Below are positions 47,579 to 60,300 of a stretch of 64,000 nucleotides of DNA, piece by piece. Location of the stretch: NCBI GenBank assembly GCA_963924565.1, contig OZ004615.1:19840001-19904000 (forward strand), read 5' to 3'. The position numbers and the translations under genes are program-made. Source of the stretch: Ascidiella aspersa. Lineage: Eukaryota. The stretch's first letter is position 1. The number at the start of each line of letters is the position of its first letter. The notes under the pieces were generated by a model. It had not been told where the DNA came from and ran no database searches. It was given only the letters and a program-made list of their open reading frames with translations.

Positions 47579-48338
47579 AAGGTGGCGTTTTTAGGATGGC
47601 CCTGCTAAGTTTTATTTTAAGTTTTCTATATAAAATTTTAGTTTTTGATGTAATTTTTTTTAATTTGATTGCATTTTATTAATCTACAGTGTGACACTAA
47701 TTTCAAAAGATAACTTGACTTTAAAAGTATTTTGACTAAACTGAATTGACGTGACCTACATTAAATCGTTTGGGCTAATGGCTCGGCTTTGAACTAGGTA
47801 TCGCTTCAAATTACCTGGGATGAAAAATATTTCATCAATTGCTATTTTTTAGTTGATTCATTCCTGCTATTCGGCCGAATTGCCAGCTTTAAAAGTTTAA
47901 CGTTTTATTTTTATGTCATTGACTTGACTTTGAGTTGAATTGCCCTTATAACGACTTGACTTGGGCAACTGATGACTTGGACCGAAATTTGTTATTTATT
48001 GCAAAACATTAACTTGGATTCAGATATTTTTAAAATGACTGGGATTTTAGCCATTTTTAAATGACTTGTTTTACAATGCTGGTAAGCTAATACTTCAATA
48101 GCCGTAATGGAAATTGTTATAAAAAGCTTGGACTCATTAATTTCCCAGCGTATTTCCAACACTGTTGCAGGCCAGTGGTATTAACAAATTTATAGTTTAT
48201 TTCTTTCATAAAGTTAATTTTACCCCATTTCTATGAAGGGTGTATTTTATAAAAGTACCATTGTGGAGTGATTTTATCCAATTAGATTGTTTTATGTGAT
48301 GAACATATTTCTAACGATTGTCTTTTAAGTTTACCATA

Positions 48339-51300
48339 ATGGCTAGCAAGTCTGTAATTTCTCAAAAGCAGAATGAAAGTTCCAATTGCAAACAATCATG
48401 GAATAACTTGATTGACACTGAGCCCAAACTATTTGAAGGTCCTGGATTAAGGTAGGTTAAACTAATTGTAAGTTTGACATTGTGGATACAATAAATGTAT
48501 AATATTACAAGCAGTGTACTTGGGTTATTGATATCATTGTAACAAGGTGTTTTTTCATTGATTCTTTAAAATTAATTTGTTTTATTTGACAAAATTTTAA
48601 AACTGTTTTTGTTTGAAGTAGCTACTGTGGGCAAAATGTGCCAAAAGCTACTGCACATTCCTCTGTTGCGTAGCAATAACCATTAACTTTTTACACCTAT
48701 ATTTTTTTGATATATGTCTAGTATGGTTAGGAACAAACTTTAGACAAAAACCCTATGTGTCATATTCAAAATATTGACATAGTACATTTTAAAATATACT
48801 ATTTCGGTTTAATTTTTACATCAGCTTTAGGAGTTATGCCCTTATTACTGAAGTTGAAGAACAAGGCAATCTCACTGTTGAAGAAGTTACCAAGTTTGTT
48901 CAGAAAGAAACACAAGAAGCTCCTGCAAGAGCTATAAGGATCATGGATGGTTTTCTTGTTATCACAAGCCAAAAAAGTTGGTGTGGGCTGGAATTGTTAA
49001 TTTGAAGAAATGACTATTATCATTGCAAAACTAATTTATTGATATTTTAAACAGACTGTAACTCTGGCTATTTTTTTTTTGTTTAGAGTCTGAAGATTTA
49101 ATCTCCTTAGCATCTGTAAAAATTGGAAAAACAAAAGTTAAAGTAAACAAAAAGTTTATACCTCCTATTGATGAAAATGGATTTATTGTAGAGGTAATTT
49201 GTGCAAATATTATATGAATATAAACTGCATCACTAATAAAATGTTCTTGTTTTTTTATGTAAATCCTAGCATGATTGTGAATACAACTATTTTTTTTAAA
49301 TCTGCTGATGATAAAATTAATCTGTGAGTGTGTTTGTGTTGGTAGGGCTTTTCAAAGCAAAAAGAAGACCTTAGAAAGTATCTAATGGGTTTGGAAAGAC
49401 AGATTAATAAAGTATCAGGGCGATCAGCCCCTTCTGTTAAACCATGCGGCAATAGCTCATCTTTTTTCGTTATGTATGAGCGTGAAGCAGGTTTGGTTTT
49501 GTAATATTAAATAACATTTTAACACCGAATTTAGACTAGTAAATATACTTACATAATGACCAAAATTGGGTAACTATTATTTATTTGTTTTTTGTTACAG
49601 AAATCAAATCAATCAAAGACTTAATAAAAACATTTGAAGAAAAACAACTGAAGGTTACTTTAGTGGTTTAATGTTATAAAATTTTGCTTGATAAACTACT
49701 TTGTTGCTTTTAGGTTAAGTCTCTGTGTAAACGTGACTGTATTAGAATCGGGGATATTCCAAAAGATGTTTGTGCTGAAGATATCATAGAAGAACTTTTA
49801 AAGGTTTCAAGATGCCGCATAACACATGTAGACCTTGCAGCACACATCGCTTTGGTGTATTTTGCAAAGTGTGGAGGTGAATAAATTGTTTCTTGTAAAG
49901 TGTTACATATTTTTGGCTGCACATATTATTTTCAACTAGACAGCGAAAAAGACTATGTATTGAGTTAAATGTGTTAGAACATTTAGGTTCTTGATTGTAA
50001 AACAGACAGGTCAATGGTCACCACTGCTGCATTTTAGTTCATACTTACCTTTTGAGTGCAAGGTACAACACAATGTGAAGTGTGTCTTACTGTTCAAAGT
50101 TGAAGCATTGTATATGAAATGTTTGCACTTATATTATGATTATAGAGAGATTATCCATAATTATACCACTTTCTTTGAAAAAAGTTTGTTTTTTTTTCGG
50201 TCAAAGGACATTTCAATTTCTGTTTTATGTTCAAATTAGGAGTGTATAATAGGATTAGACAGCCAATTGTATTTTGACACTCAATTTATGTGCGATGGCT
50301 TATAGCAACTATAAAATATAGTTCTAGATATTGACTACCAAAACTGTTTTTTCAGATGCTGACTATACATTGCAAAAAATATATGATTCAGGTGGCTTGG
50401 AAATCAATAAATCAAACGTTAGTTGTAGCCTAAAACATCATTATACTCCAATGATGTCAAATGAAGGTAAGATATGTATTATATATATTAATTAAAAAAA
50501 ATATTTTAAACATCTATGGGGAAGGATAACGCAGTTATTTATAACTAAACGATTTAAAACAAAAAAAGTCCAAAAAAATACATCTGTTTCAATTAGCAGT
50601 AGACTTTTTTGTTTTCTCAGTTATACGTTGGTTAAGCTCAAGCTGTTACTTATTTTTGCTTTACAAAGTCACATGTCTTTATTTAAAAAAGGTATACTAA
50701 CCAGTTTTAACTGTCTCTTATCCACGACTGCAGGCTGTTATTTACAAAATTAACTGATGTCCTGTTTCTTTATAAATATAGGCTATTTTTGTGTCTTTGC
50801 TGCAAAATAGTGAAATGTGAAAAGCATTTTACAGTGGAAAGCTACTGGTATAAAGAATGGTCTTACTAAAAGTTTCTGCATATCTTTATTTTAATTGGCT
50901 TACAAAAGCACAGTTGATACATTAGTACTGTTTGGCGTTACCATATGTTTTTTGTTTATATAAGAGGTGTTTTCTTGCCTGTCAAAAATGTAGACTAAAT
51001 GTTTTCTGGTTGTTTGCACAAGAAAATTTGCTTTTATTAGTTTTATTTTTGGGCACATTGTTCATACAGAAATGTTATTTCTCGGTTGTCGTTATTAAAT
51101 TTATACTGAAAAACAGAATAACTTATCCTACTAGGCAACTATGGAAACACACAAGACATATAAAACAATATCTACATCGGAATGGTCTATTACAAGTAGT
51201 ATAATAAATACTATACTAGCATACTAATACTGAACTAGCTAATATGCAAGCAATCAAACAAACCGCAGGACCAATTACACGCTATAGTGACATAATAATT

Positions 51301-54300
51301 ACATTCATCTTTAGCACAAGTAAATAAAAGTACACATCAGGCAACAGTCTTCTGAGCAAACTGATATCTTGGTAATGTATGAAAATGTCGGATGATCAAA
51401 AATCGGGATGTTTTGGTTGACTAGTTGGTGCGCAGAAACTAAGCCATAAAAATCAGAATTGCCTGCCTAAATTGGGTGCCTAAATAAGTATGGTATGCCA
51501 ACTATTGTTCTGAGAACAATCTTACATACAATACAAAACATTTGCATATAGTTGTGATGTCTCTTATCAGTTGTCCACTGTACCTAATTTGTAATGATTA
51601 ACAGATTTATTTTCTCACTTTTATATTTTAGCAACCACTTCAACTCGGACACGCGCAAAAGTTAATCAAGCTGGTAAAAATAAGGATGTTAATCCATCTT
51701 CATCAAATTCTTCTGAACCTGGCAACTTGACAAACCAACAAAAAGGAGTTTATAGCAATGATCGTACCAGTGGCAGATCAACTAGCAAGTCTGGAAGTAA
51801 TAGCTTCATATAAATGAATACACAATTATATTATAAACTAAATAAAACCTACATACACATATATGTACAGCAACTAATATAGGAATTTAGAAGATATCTA
51901 TTGATCAACTAAACTGCTTATGTATTATAGTACATCAGGATCCTTAACAGATTACTCGAATCAAATGACAGTGAGGTTTGAACTGATAACCTAGGCCAGT
52001 TGTCTCCAACATTCTTGTTAACCGACTCCAAATTAAATAACACAAGCGATAAATTATGCGTAAATTATACACAATTCAAATAAACTGTGGCCACACATGT
52101 GCATCAAAATGGGAAGTTTAAATGAACACAACATAAATGTAACGTTAACACAGGATTTTTATTTTTTTTTTATTTCGTTTTAACATTTTTAATTTACACA
52201 TTGCACTTGTGGTTTACCCAAACCACTAAAACTGCAGAAATTGGTGAGAGTTGGCCACTCCACATTGGGTCGCTACACATAGACTGGAGACCACTGACCT
52301 AGGCCATACCAGAACTGCCTTCTACCAACTGGGCTCTAAGAAAGCTAGTCGATAAACAACCATGACACAATTGTTTGCTGCATCCCATTAATATAAGCAA
52401 CAAGCGGGTATCTTGATCAAAATACAGCGAACTCAGCATATTTTCAAGGACAATCAATTAGTTGTGTAACAATTGTGTATTTTGTATAACAAATGCAAAT
52501 CTCAACATGTTTCCTGCTTTTTTAGCTCAGAAAGCCTCCAGCCTGTCCCCAAAGGATGTAATGGAATATCAACCCGATGTTTCCTTTGATGTCATTGATT
52601 ATGTCCGACAAACCCCAGAGCTAACACAGAAGCTAGCTGATAATCTTGGATGTGATGTCAATTTTAAAAAGAAAAGTACCACCACAGTCAATGGATATTC
52701 AATGTTCTATGCAGTAGAAGTTAAGAAAAAGGTTTATTAGTATGTGGAACTTTTTGTATTTACAAGCAATTTCCATTAAAAAAATATTTGTGAGCAAATT
52801 CGCAAAATTAATTTTCTTTAAAAAGACCAAGATAAGTTTAAATAATAAAAATAACGCTAGGGAAACAATATAATATGTGTTTTTTCTTGATTAAGTGTTT
52901 TAAATACTGTTGTTCTAGTGTTGATCCTTAGTTCAAATTTTTCTTGTTTTTGTGTAAAAGAAAATCTTGTCAGTTGCCATAGTTAGTTTGAAAGAGAAAC
53001 ACTGCACTTCTTATAAAAAAAAGGTGATGTAATCAGTTAACCAACTTCCCAATGAATAATTATGTAATATATACCTAATTTTTCTTTTAATTTCTTAAAA
53101 ATTATCTGTTAAACATTACTTAAAAAAGTTTCATTCAACAAATTACATTCAAATTAATAATAAAACAGGATATAACTTCAGTTTTGGTAAATCAAAAAAA
53201 TGGAACTTATCAGTCCTTATTAAATTATACCTATGTTTATTAAATGTTTTCTGTAGTTAAAGTTTTTAAGAATTCTTAGTGTTAGCCTAAAATAACATGC
53301 CCTACGTCATATTTTTATACAATTTATGCAGAAAAGTCACAAGAAAGAATTGTCTCAAAAGAGTGTGGAAAACCTCATTGACCAGTTCTTTGATCAATTT
53401 GATTCAAAGTCACAAAAGTTTGATTTTAACAGCTTGGAGGAGAAGCGTAATGAAATGGGTTGGGACTTTGGCGATGAAACTTTGGTTCAAATGGAAATTA
53501 AGAAGGGGGAGCTATCCCAGGCTTTAATAAGGTGCATTTTAAATACAACTTGTCCACTGTAAAAGTTTTACGTTCTTATCTAATAAAGTTGTTTTTTATG
53601 TAGGTGGAATGACATGGAAAAAGGAAAGGTGACTGTTACTGGAAACAGGAATGAAATTGATGATATTTTAAATAAACTAAAGGTGAGCTTGAGATTGCTA
53701 ACAGCCTTATGAAACAAACAACATAATGCCTTTTTTTACATAGCTTGCAACAGCAAGAAATGTGCCTTCAACTTCTAAACATCGACCATCAACTTCCCAA
53801 AATCAATCTGGTAACTCACAGCCTGTACCATCACAACACACATCAGAAAAATATACAAAGCCAAGAAACTGCATTGAGTTAAACCCTTCGCTAGTACAGT
53901 GGTTCAACCGCTTTGGAGGTTCTGATCCATCCTGTGGAAATGCATTGAAAAACGTAACGCTTGATGTTACTGTAGATGGAAAAGAGATTTCACTGAAAGG
54001 AAAGGATCAAGAAGTTATGAAAGGTATGTTTCTACTTATCTTTTATTTTTAAAACTGTTACTTAAATAATTGTCTCTCTAGTTTGTTGTAAATTTTTAAC
54101 AACCAGTTTTTAAAGTTAGTTAATAAAGTGTAATCTTTGCATAAACCTATTACTAACTAAAGAATTGCTATAATTTTTGATGACCTTCTATCCTAATGAT
54201 TGTTTACATATTCCTAGAAATAACCTCGCTATATACAGTAAAATATTATTGAAACAAATATTAGCAGTACAGGCTGCATAAAAAAAACACATAAAAAGCC

Positions 54301-57300
54301 TATGCATAGACATTTAATGTCATTTACTACCAAGAAAAAATGCTTAGCTGAGACTAAACAGGTCAATGACTGCATACCATAGTATTTTTAATTTATCCTC
54401 AGGCTCAGATGTTTCTTTTAGTGCAATTTATTAAATATGACATTTTAATATAGACATGATGGTTAACGAATATTTGGACCTTACTAGATTTACTAAATTG
54501 CCAGTATAAAATATACTGCCAAATGAGAACACCTGGTTTTCAAAGCAAATTTGCTTTTATGCCAATTGATGTTAGTTTTCAATCAGAATATATTATATAC
54601 ATTGAATTATACAAAAGATTGGATGAAGTAATCTTTCTAAATTCTTGTTTAATTAAATTATTTAAGCTATCTGTGTATGATTATTATATTAAGGTTCGTT
54701 AGGGCATATTTATTAATAATAACTCTTTTTTATCACTGTATTGCTTTAATGTGTTTTAGCCAAGCACCTAATTGAAGAGCTGTCCCCACAACTGAAAACA
54801 AGATTTCATAAAGTTGAATCTGAGAAAGACCTGGAGTACCTCAATTCCGCTAAGGGCAAAAAATTTATCCGAAAAACAGAATTGGGAAACCACTGTGCAA
54901 TCACACTTAACAGCCAAGATACCAAAGGCAGCAAACCAATTGAACAGATTCCTTCAAATAGAAAGGTAAGTATTGTATTTTAGGATTTAACAGACGACAA
55001 TTGCTAGTGTAAATGTTTAACATTCAATGTTTTATATCATTTTTTAAAAAAACAACTCAACTTTAAAACAAAAACATAACATTTAGCACGCAAATTGTTT
55101 TACATGAAAACATTAGGATAAATATCCCAATGTTATTCAAAATATTTAACAAAAAACATTAATTTCAAACCCAGTTATTTGACACAATAACTAAAGTCCA
55201 AGTCCAGTAATTTGTCCAAAAGACTTAAGTAAAGCCAAGTCATTGGAAAACAGTGACTTGAGTGCACTTAAATCAATTCAGTGACTTAAGCCGTTACAAC
55301 ACTTCGAAAAATTCTTTATTCTGCTGATTACTGTACGACAGAAGCCAGTAACTTTAGCAGAAGGACACCTGAACGGATCAGATGTTATTGTAAGTGTTGT
55401 GCGAACGGACATCACTGAATTTCATTGTGACGCAATTGTGAATGCATCTAATAAAGATCTTCAACTACTCCCTGCTGGGATATCTGGAAGCATTCTTAAA
55501 AAAGGTATTACTTTATTGTTATGTTTATTAATTATCAAAATATGGTTTGCAACATCATTCTTTTTAATGCGTTTTTTTACGCAGCAAGATCAGGTAACCT
55601 TGCATTTTTAGAAATAGAATGTTTTAAGTTGAAAATGATTACAACAGTACACCGAAAGCCGTTGCACACTCACCGAATCTGTTGATATATGATGCAAGCA
55701 GGGCAGGCTAGCAAAACAACTAGCCTGCAGTGAGGTTCGAACTCCCTAGCTCCGGTCAAGCTAGGACCGTCGCTCTACCAACTGAGCTATGCAGGCTCAG
55801 GGAGGAGGGAGTCGAGAAACAACCATACGCCAATGCTTGCTCAACTGTTAGTACAAGCAACTTCACATTGAAGGGGGTCCACAGTGCCATATCATTTATT
55901 CAATGCAACATGCATACATATGTGTGTTAACAACTGACATCTAGCCCTTCTGAAGTTGCTCGATTATAACAGTATGATTTGTTTACTAAAAAGTACATTT
56001 TAAACTGTTCAAAATGCCTTAACTCAGGCGTATATATGAAACTTTTGTAGCATCGAAAACTGTCCCTTATTGCTTCAAGATTTAAGTTAATTTTTTTATA
56101 TTTACATGTTGCATACATTTTTCTAAAGGAGGCTCGAGCATTCAAACTGAAATGAACCAAATTTACAAAAGAAAAGGTCGATTGATCACTGGTCAAGCTG
56201 TAACAACTGGGGCAGGAAAACTGCCATGTAAGAAGATCATCCATGCAGTTGGGCCAAGGTACAGTGGATAAGCACAGTTTAAAAAATATACTGAGTTATG
56301 TGTTATGTTCCTCTAAATCTTAACAACTAAGTTCTTCTTCTTTGTTTCTCAATAAGTCAAATTGTTGACTTCCAATGTTCAACGCATGTTTTTGCGTTTG
56401 TACTAGTTAAAACTGGTTTTAAAACAGCTATATAACAACTAGTTAAAACTGGATATAAAACATCTTATAATTTTTAGATTTCCTAGACATTATGTGTCTA
56501 AAAGTGAACTGACTGTAATATTTCTGTTAGTGGAGTAAACTAGATTCATTATTACATAAATATATTTGGTGAAATAAACTGTGTTGTGTTATGCCGTTTA
56601 AAATTCCCTAACAAGATTCATTACTCATCACAGTTCATCGATAAAACAATATATACCGGTAACTATATTATTTATTACGTAACATTATACTTTAAAAGAT
56701 GGGCAAGCAGCTCGAATAGCGCCAATGAACTTTCAAGATGTGTCGAATCGATTTTGTTGGAAGCCGAAGAATATAATTTGTCATCGATTGCGATTCCAGC
56801 AATTAGTTCTGGTGTTTTTGGCGGCGATGTTGCTACATGTGCCCAACTGTTGGTGAAGGCTGTTCATGACTATCTTGGCAGATACGAGTGTTGCATCAAA
56901 GAGGTATACCAGTGTATGTTTGTTTGACAAAACTTTTTTTTCTGAAATGTTAGGATGTATGCTCTAAACTTGAGCCGGACATGATTAAACATGTCAGATT
57001 CAATATGACAAACCTTTTATCGGTTATAAACTAAACTAATTGATAAACTCAACCTTTTAGTTTTATCAACGGCAATGTCTTCTTAACCAACGGTATAACA
57101 ATGTCTTCTTTCTTTAATTAAGGGTATAATATACATTTTAAGGTCACCTTTGTTGAAATGACTGATTCCTTCACACTGGAAATGTTCCAGAGAGAACTGC
57201 GCAAAGTTTCAACACCAAGAAAACTGGCGACTGGATCACAAAACTCAAGTGTAAGTTGTGTCCTGTTACAGCCGTGATCATTACAAGGCAACTTCTCGTA

Positions 57301-60300
57301 CACACACGAAACGACTAAGTTCTTTTAACACAAGTCTAAATAAATTATACCTGTACCAGTGTTGTAACGACTTAATTCATCGACTTGACTTGAGTGCACT
57401 TAAGTCACTGTTTTCAAATGACTTGACTTGACTTAAGTCTTTTAACCAAAATGACTTGACTTGAGTCTTTTAGACGAATGACTTGACTTGGACTTAAGTC
57501 ATTTTGTTAAATACTTTGGGATTTATTAAAGTGTTTTTCATTAAAATTTATCTTAAGTTTTGCACATTAAACACTTTTAGTGCTGTATATTGCGTTTATG
57601 TTATTTTTAGTTAAAATGTTGATTATTTGGACGAATTTACCAATTTTAATAGTTTTACCATTTACTTTTATGTCACTGACGTAACTTGAAATTGACTTGC
57701 TTTCATAATGACTTGGGACTTGACTTGGGCAACCGATGACTTGGACTGGGACTTGACTTGTTAGTTTTGCAAAATACTTGGCGGCGAGTTAAGTCGTTTC
57801 CAAATGGCTTGTTTACAACACGGATCTATACTGTTATAGGGGTCGGGTAACACTTCGCGGAGTGGTACACAGCATAAGCAAGCTCCTATCACTAGACAAC
57901 CCTCTGGTGGTCACAAGTCGAGTGCAAATATTGGTCCGATCACTGTTGTAGTAAAGCAAGGTGACCTTTCACTAGATGACAGTGATGTGATTGTAAATCC
58001 TACAAACCAAGAATACCAACTGAACTGTAAGTATTTTCTACCAAACCTGAGCCTCCATATGCCGATACACCCTCACACGGAACGGCGTAGTATTTGGTTT
58101 GTGGAAATCTTTGGCAATGGCATTTTTATCTAAAAAACATGCCTAATTCAACAAATCTTTAAAAACATTTAATCTACCACTTGCTTTTCACGGTCCAACA
58201 TATATGCTGTACGTTTGTTATTGATTACCCAACATACATATTACAAAATTGAAAAAAAAAATTATATAGTGAACCTGCAGGTCAATTCAACGTACGTTGT
58301 TCATCCCATTTCGCACATTTTGGCGATTTTTTCTGGTAGGGTCTGTTCAAGTTACACATGATCACATCTGTATGCATTTTTTGTGTAGATGGAATGGTAA
58401 GCAAAGTTATTTTGTCCCGCGGAGGGAAAAAAATCCAACAAGAGGTTCGATCATGGAAGAAAAACCTTTCTTTCGATAGCTTTCGCACCTCAGGCAGTGG
58501 AAACCTTCCGTGCAAGAAAATTGTCCATCTTCCAATACCTTTCGAGAGCAACCGCTGGATTTCTTTATTAGAAGAAGTTTACTGCAAAGTCGCCAACGAT
58601 GGATACCGATCTATTGCCTTACCCGCCATAGGAACAGGTAAGTTAATACGAAACAATTCCCTCTCGGTAAAAAGTGGTTTTGTGCGCTTATAACAATGAT
58701 TGCTCGCTTTGCCCTTAGTGTTTAATTCGCTAAAGCAGCAACTTTGTATATTTTGGTTTAAAACAAGGAATTCTACCTTATGTCTTATAGGGTATTTGAA
58801 TCTTGCTGTCAAACCATTCTGGAACTTTTCCTAATAACCAGTATTCACTTCATAATGGTAACACAAAGCACAGCAAATGTAATTCTGTGAATCACCCGGC
58901 CGAGGTAAAAAAAACGATAATTCTGAAAAAGCAAATGGCGGCAAGGGCTAAAAATCTAGGATTTTTTAAAAAAGATTTTCAAAGAGTAACGTCACATTAT
59001 TTTCGTAAAGAAGGTCGCCTAAAATGCATAAAATATGATTAAAAATGCATTTAGTAAGCTGGAAAATAAATAGTTTACAAACATGGCCCCGTGCCCCACT
59101 TTAAAGGTTTTCTAATATTATCGACAATAAAAGTTAAAAAAAACTCAATGAAACCAGGATCAAACATTTTTTAAGGGAGTAGAACAGTGATCGACAAGCA
59201 GAAACCTGCTGCCAATGTTTTTTTATTCAATTACGAACTTTTATATATTAATTTATTATTATCGTTTACGTTTTGCAGGAAATTTAAAGAAAACGACCCG
59301 CCACTCCGCCGCGCTCATTCGAACATCGATCGAGAAATTTGTTTCCAGCAACAAGACAAAATCTTTGACCGAGATAAGGGTCGTAATATTCGATCGCTCC
59401 ATTCTCAAAGAGTTCGCCGAAGTTCTTCTTTCTGACGGTAAAGTCAAATTGTTTATCTTATTTTGGCGTAATTCATAGTGAATTTCGATCAATTTGTTTC
59501 GACATTGATTGACAAAAAATGCCCGTGATACTTCTTTCGCAGTGATTTTATTAACCATGGATTGTTTGTGTTTTATTTATTAGTATTATCTGCCAGTAGT
59601 TAAGAATGACTAAAAGCCAATTCGTAAGTCACTTGACTAAGTCCAAGTCGATTCTCAGGAGAACTTGTTTCAATATGGTATCTACAGTAACTATGTCATT
59701 ATTCAATGAAACATGATCACATATTTGTGTGTTAACCACTGTGATCTAACTCTTCTGAAGTAAGCCGTAATCGTTGGTCAAAAAGCAGCTTTAGAAGGGC
59801 TAGATCACAGTGGTTAACACACATATGTTCGTGCATGTTTCATTGAATTGTTAAATTATTTCAATTTTTTTATTATTATACTTCGAACATGCGTAAAGCA
59901 AACACATAAAATTCATCAGATGCTAAGCTAAGTGAAATTTGACTCCCAAAACCTTACTTAAGTTTGAAAAGGGTAAAGTCTGTTTTAAAACGTAAATAAA
60001 GTAATTTCAACACTGCTATAACATATATGATGAAGATCAACTAAAAAGGATTGAGAATAAGACCTTGAAAGTAGAACAGCTATCGAGTGAACGTAATTCT
60101 GTCTCATTTGCTGACCCTCAATCTCCAGGCATCACCTTATGTGCAATGGATGACGAAATCTTGGACCGGGTAAGACGTTTTTTTATTTGTGCCTTTCCAT
60201 TTAACTTGTTGCATAGGGATGCCCGATAATATCGAATAGGGGACGATATCTAATGTCAAGTGGTAGTGTCGGTATTCGTCCAATACAGTACTTGGGTGTT

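Larger units (their letters stand above)
46820..48081. mobile_element. Two degenerate GACTT-repeat MITE copies flanking the PARP promoter region
   Basis: Copies at ~46820-47247 (ends GTACAGCACTG) and ~47690-48081 (ends TTACAATGCTG), similar to 57357-57823. Confidence 0.6.

Noticed and set aside
51931-51975. Possible extra PARP exon
   Set aside because: In-frame stop in the required phase; the flanking exons join without it.
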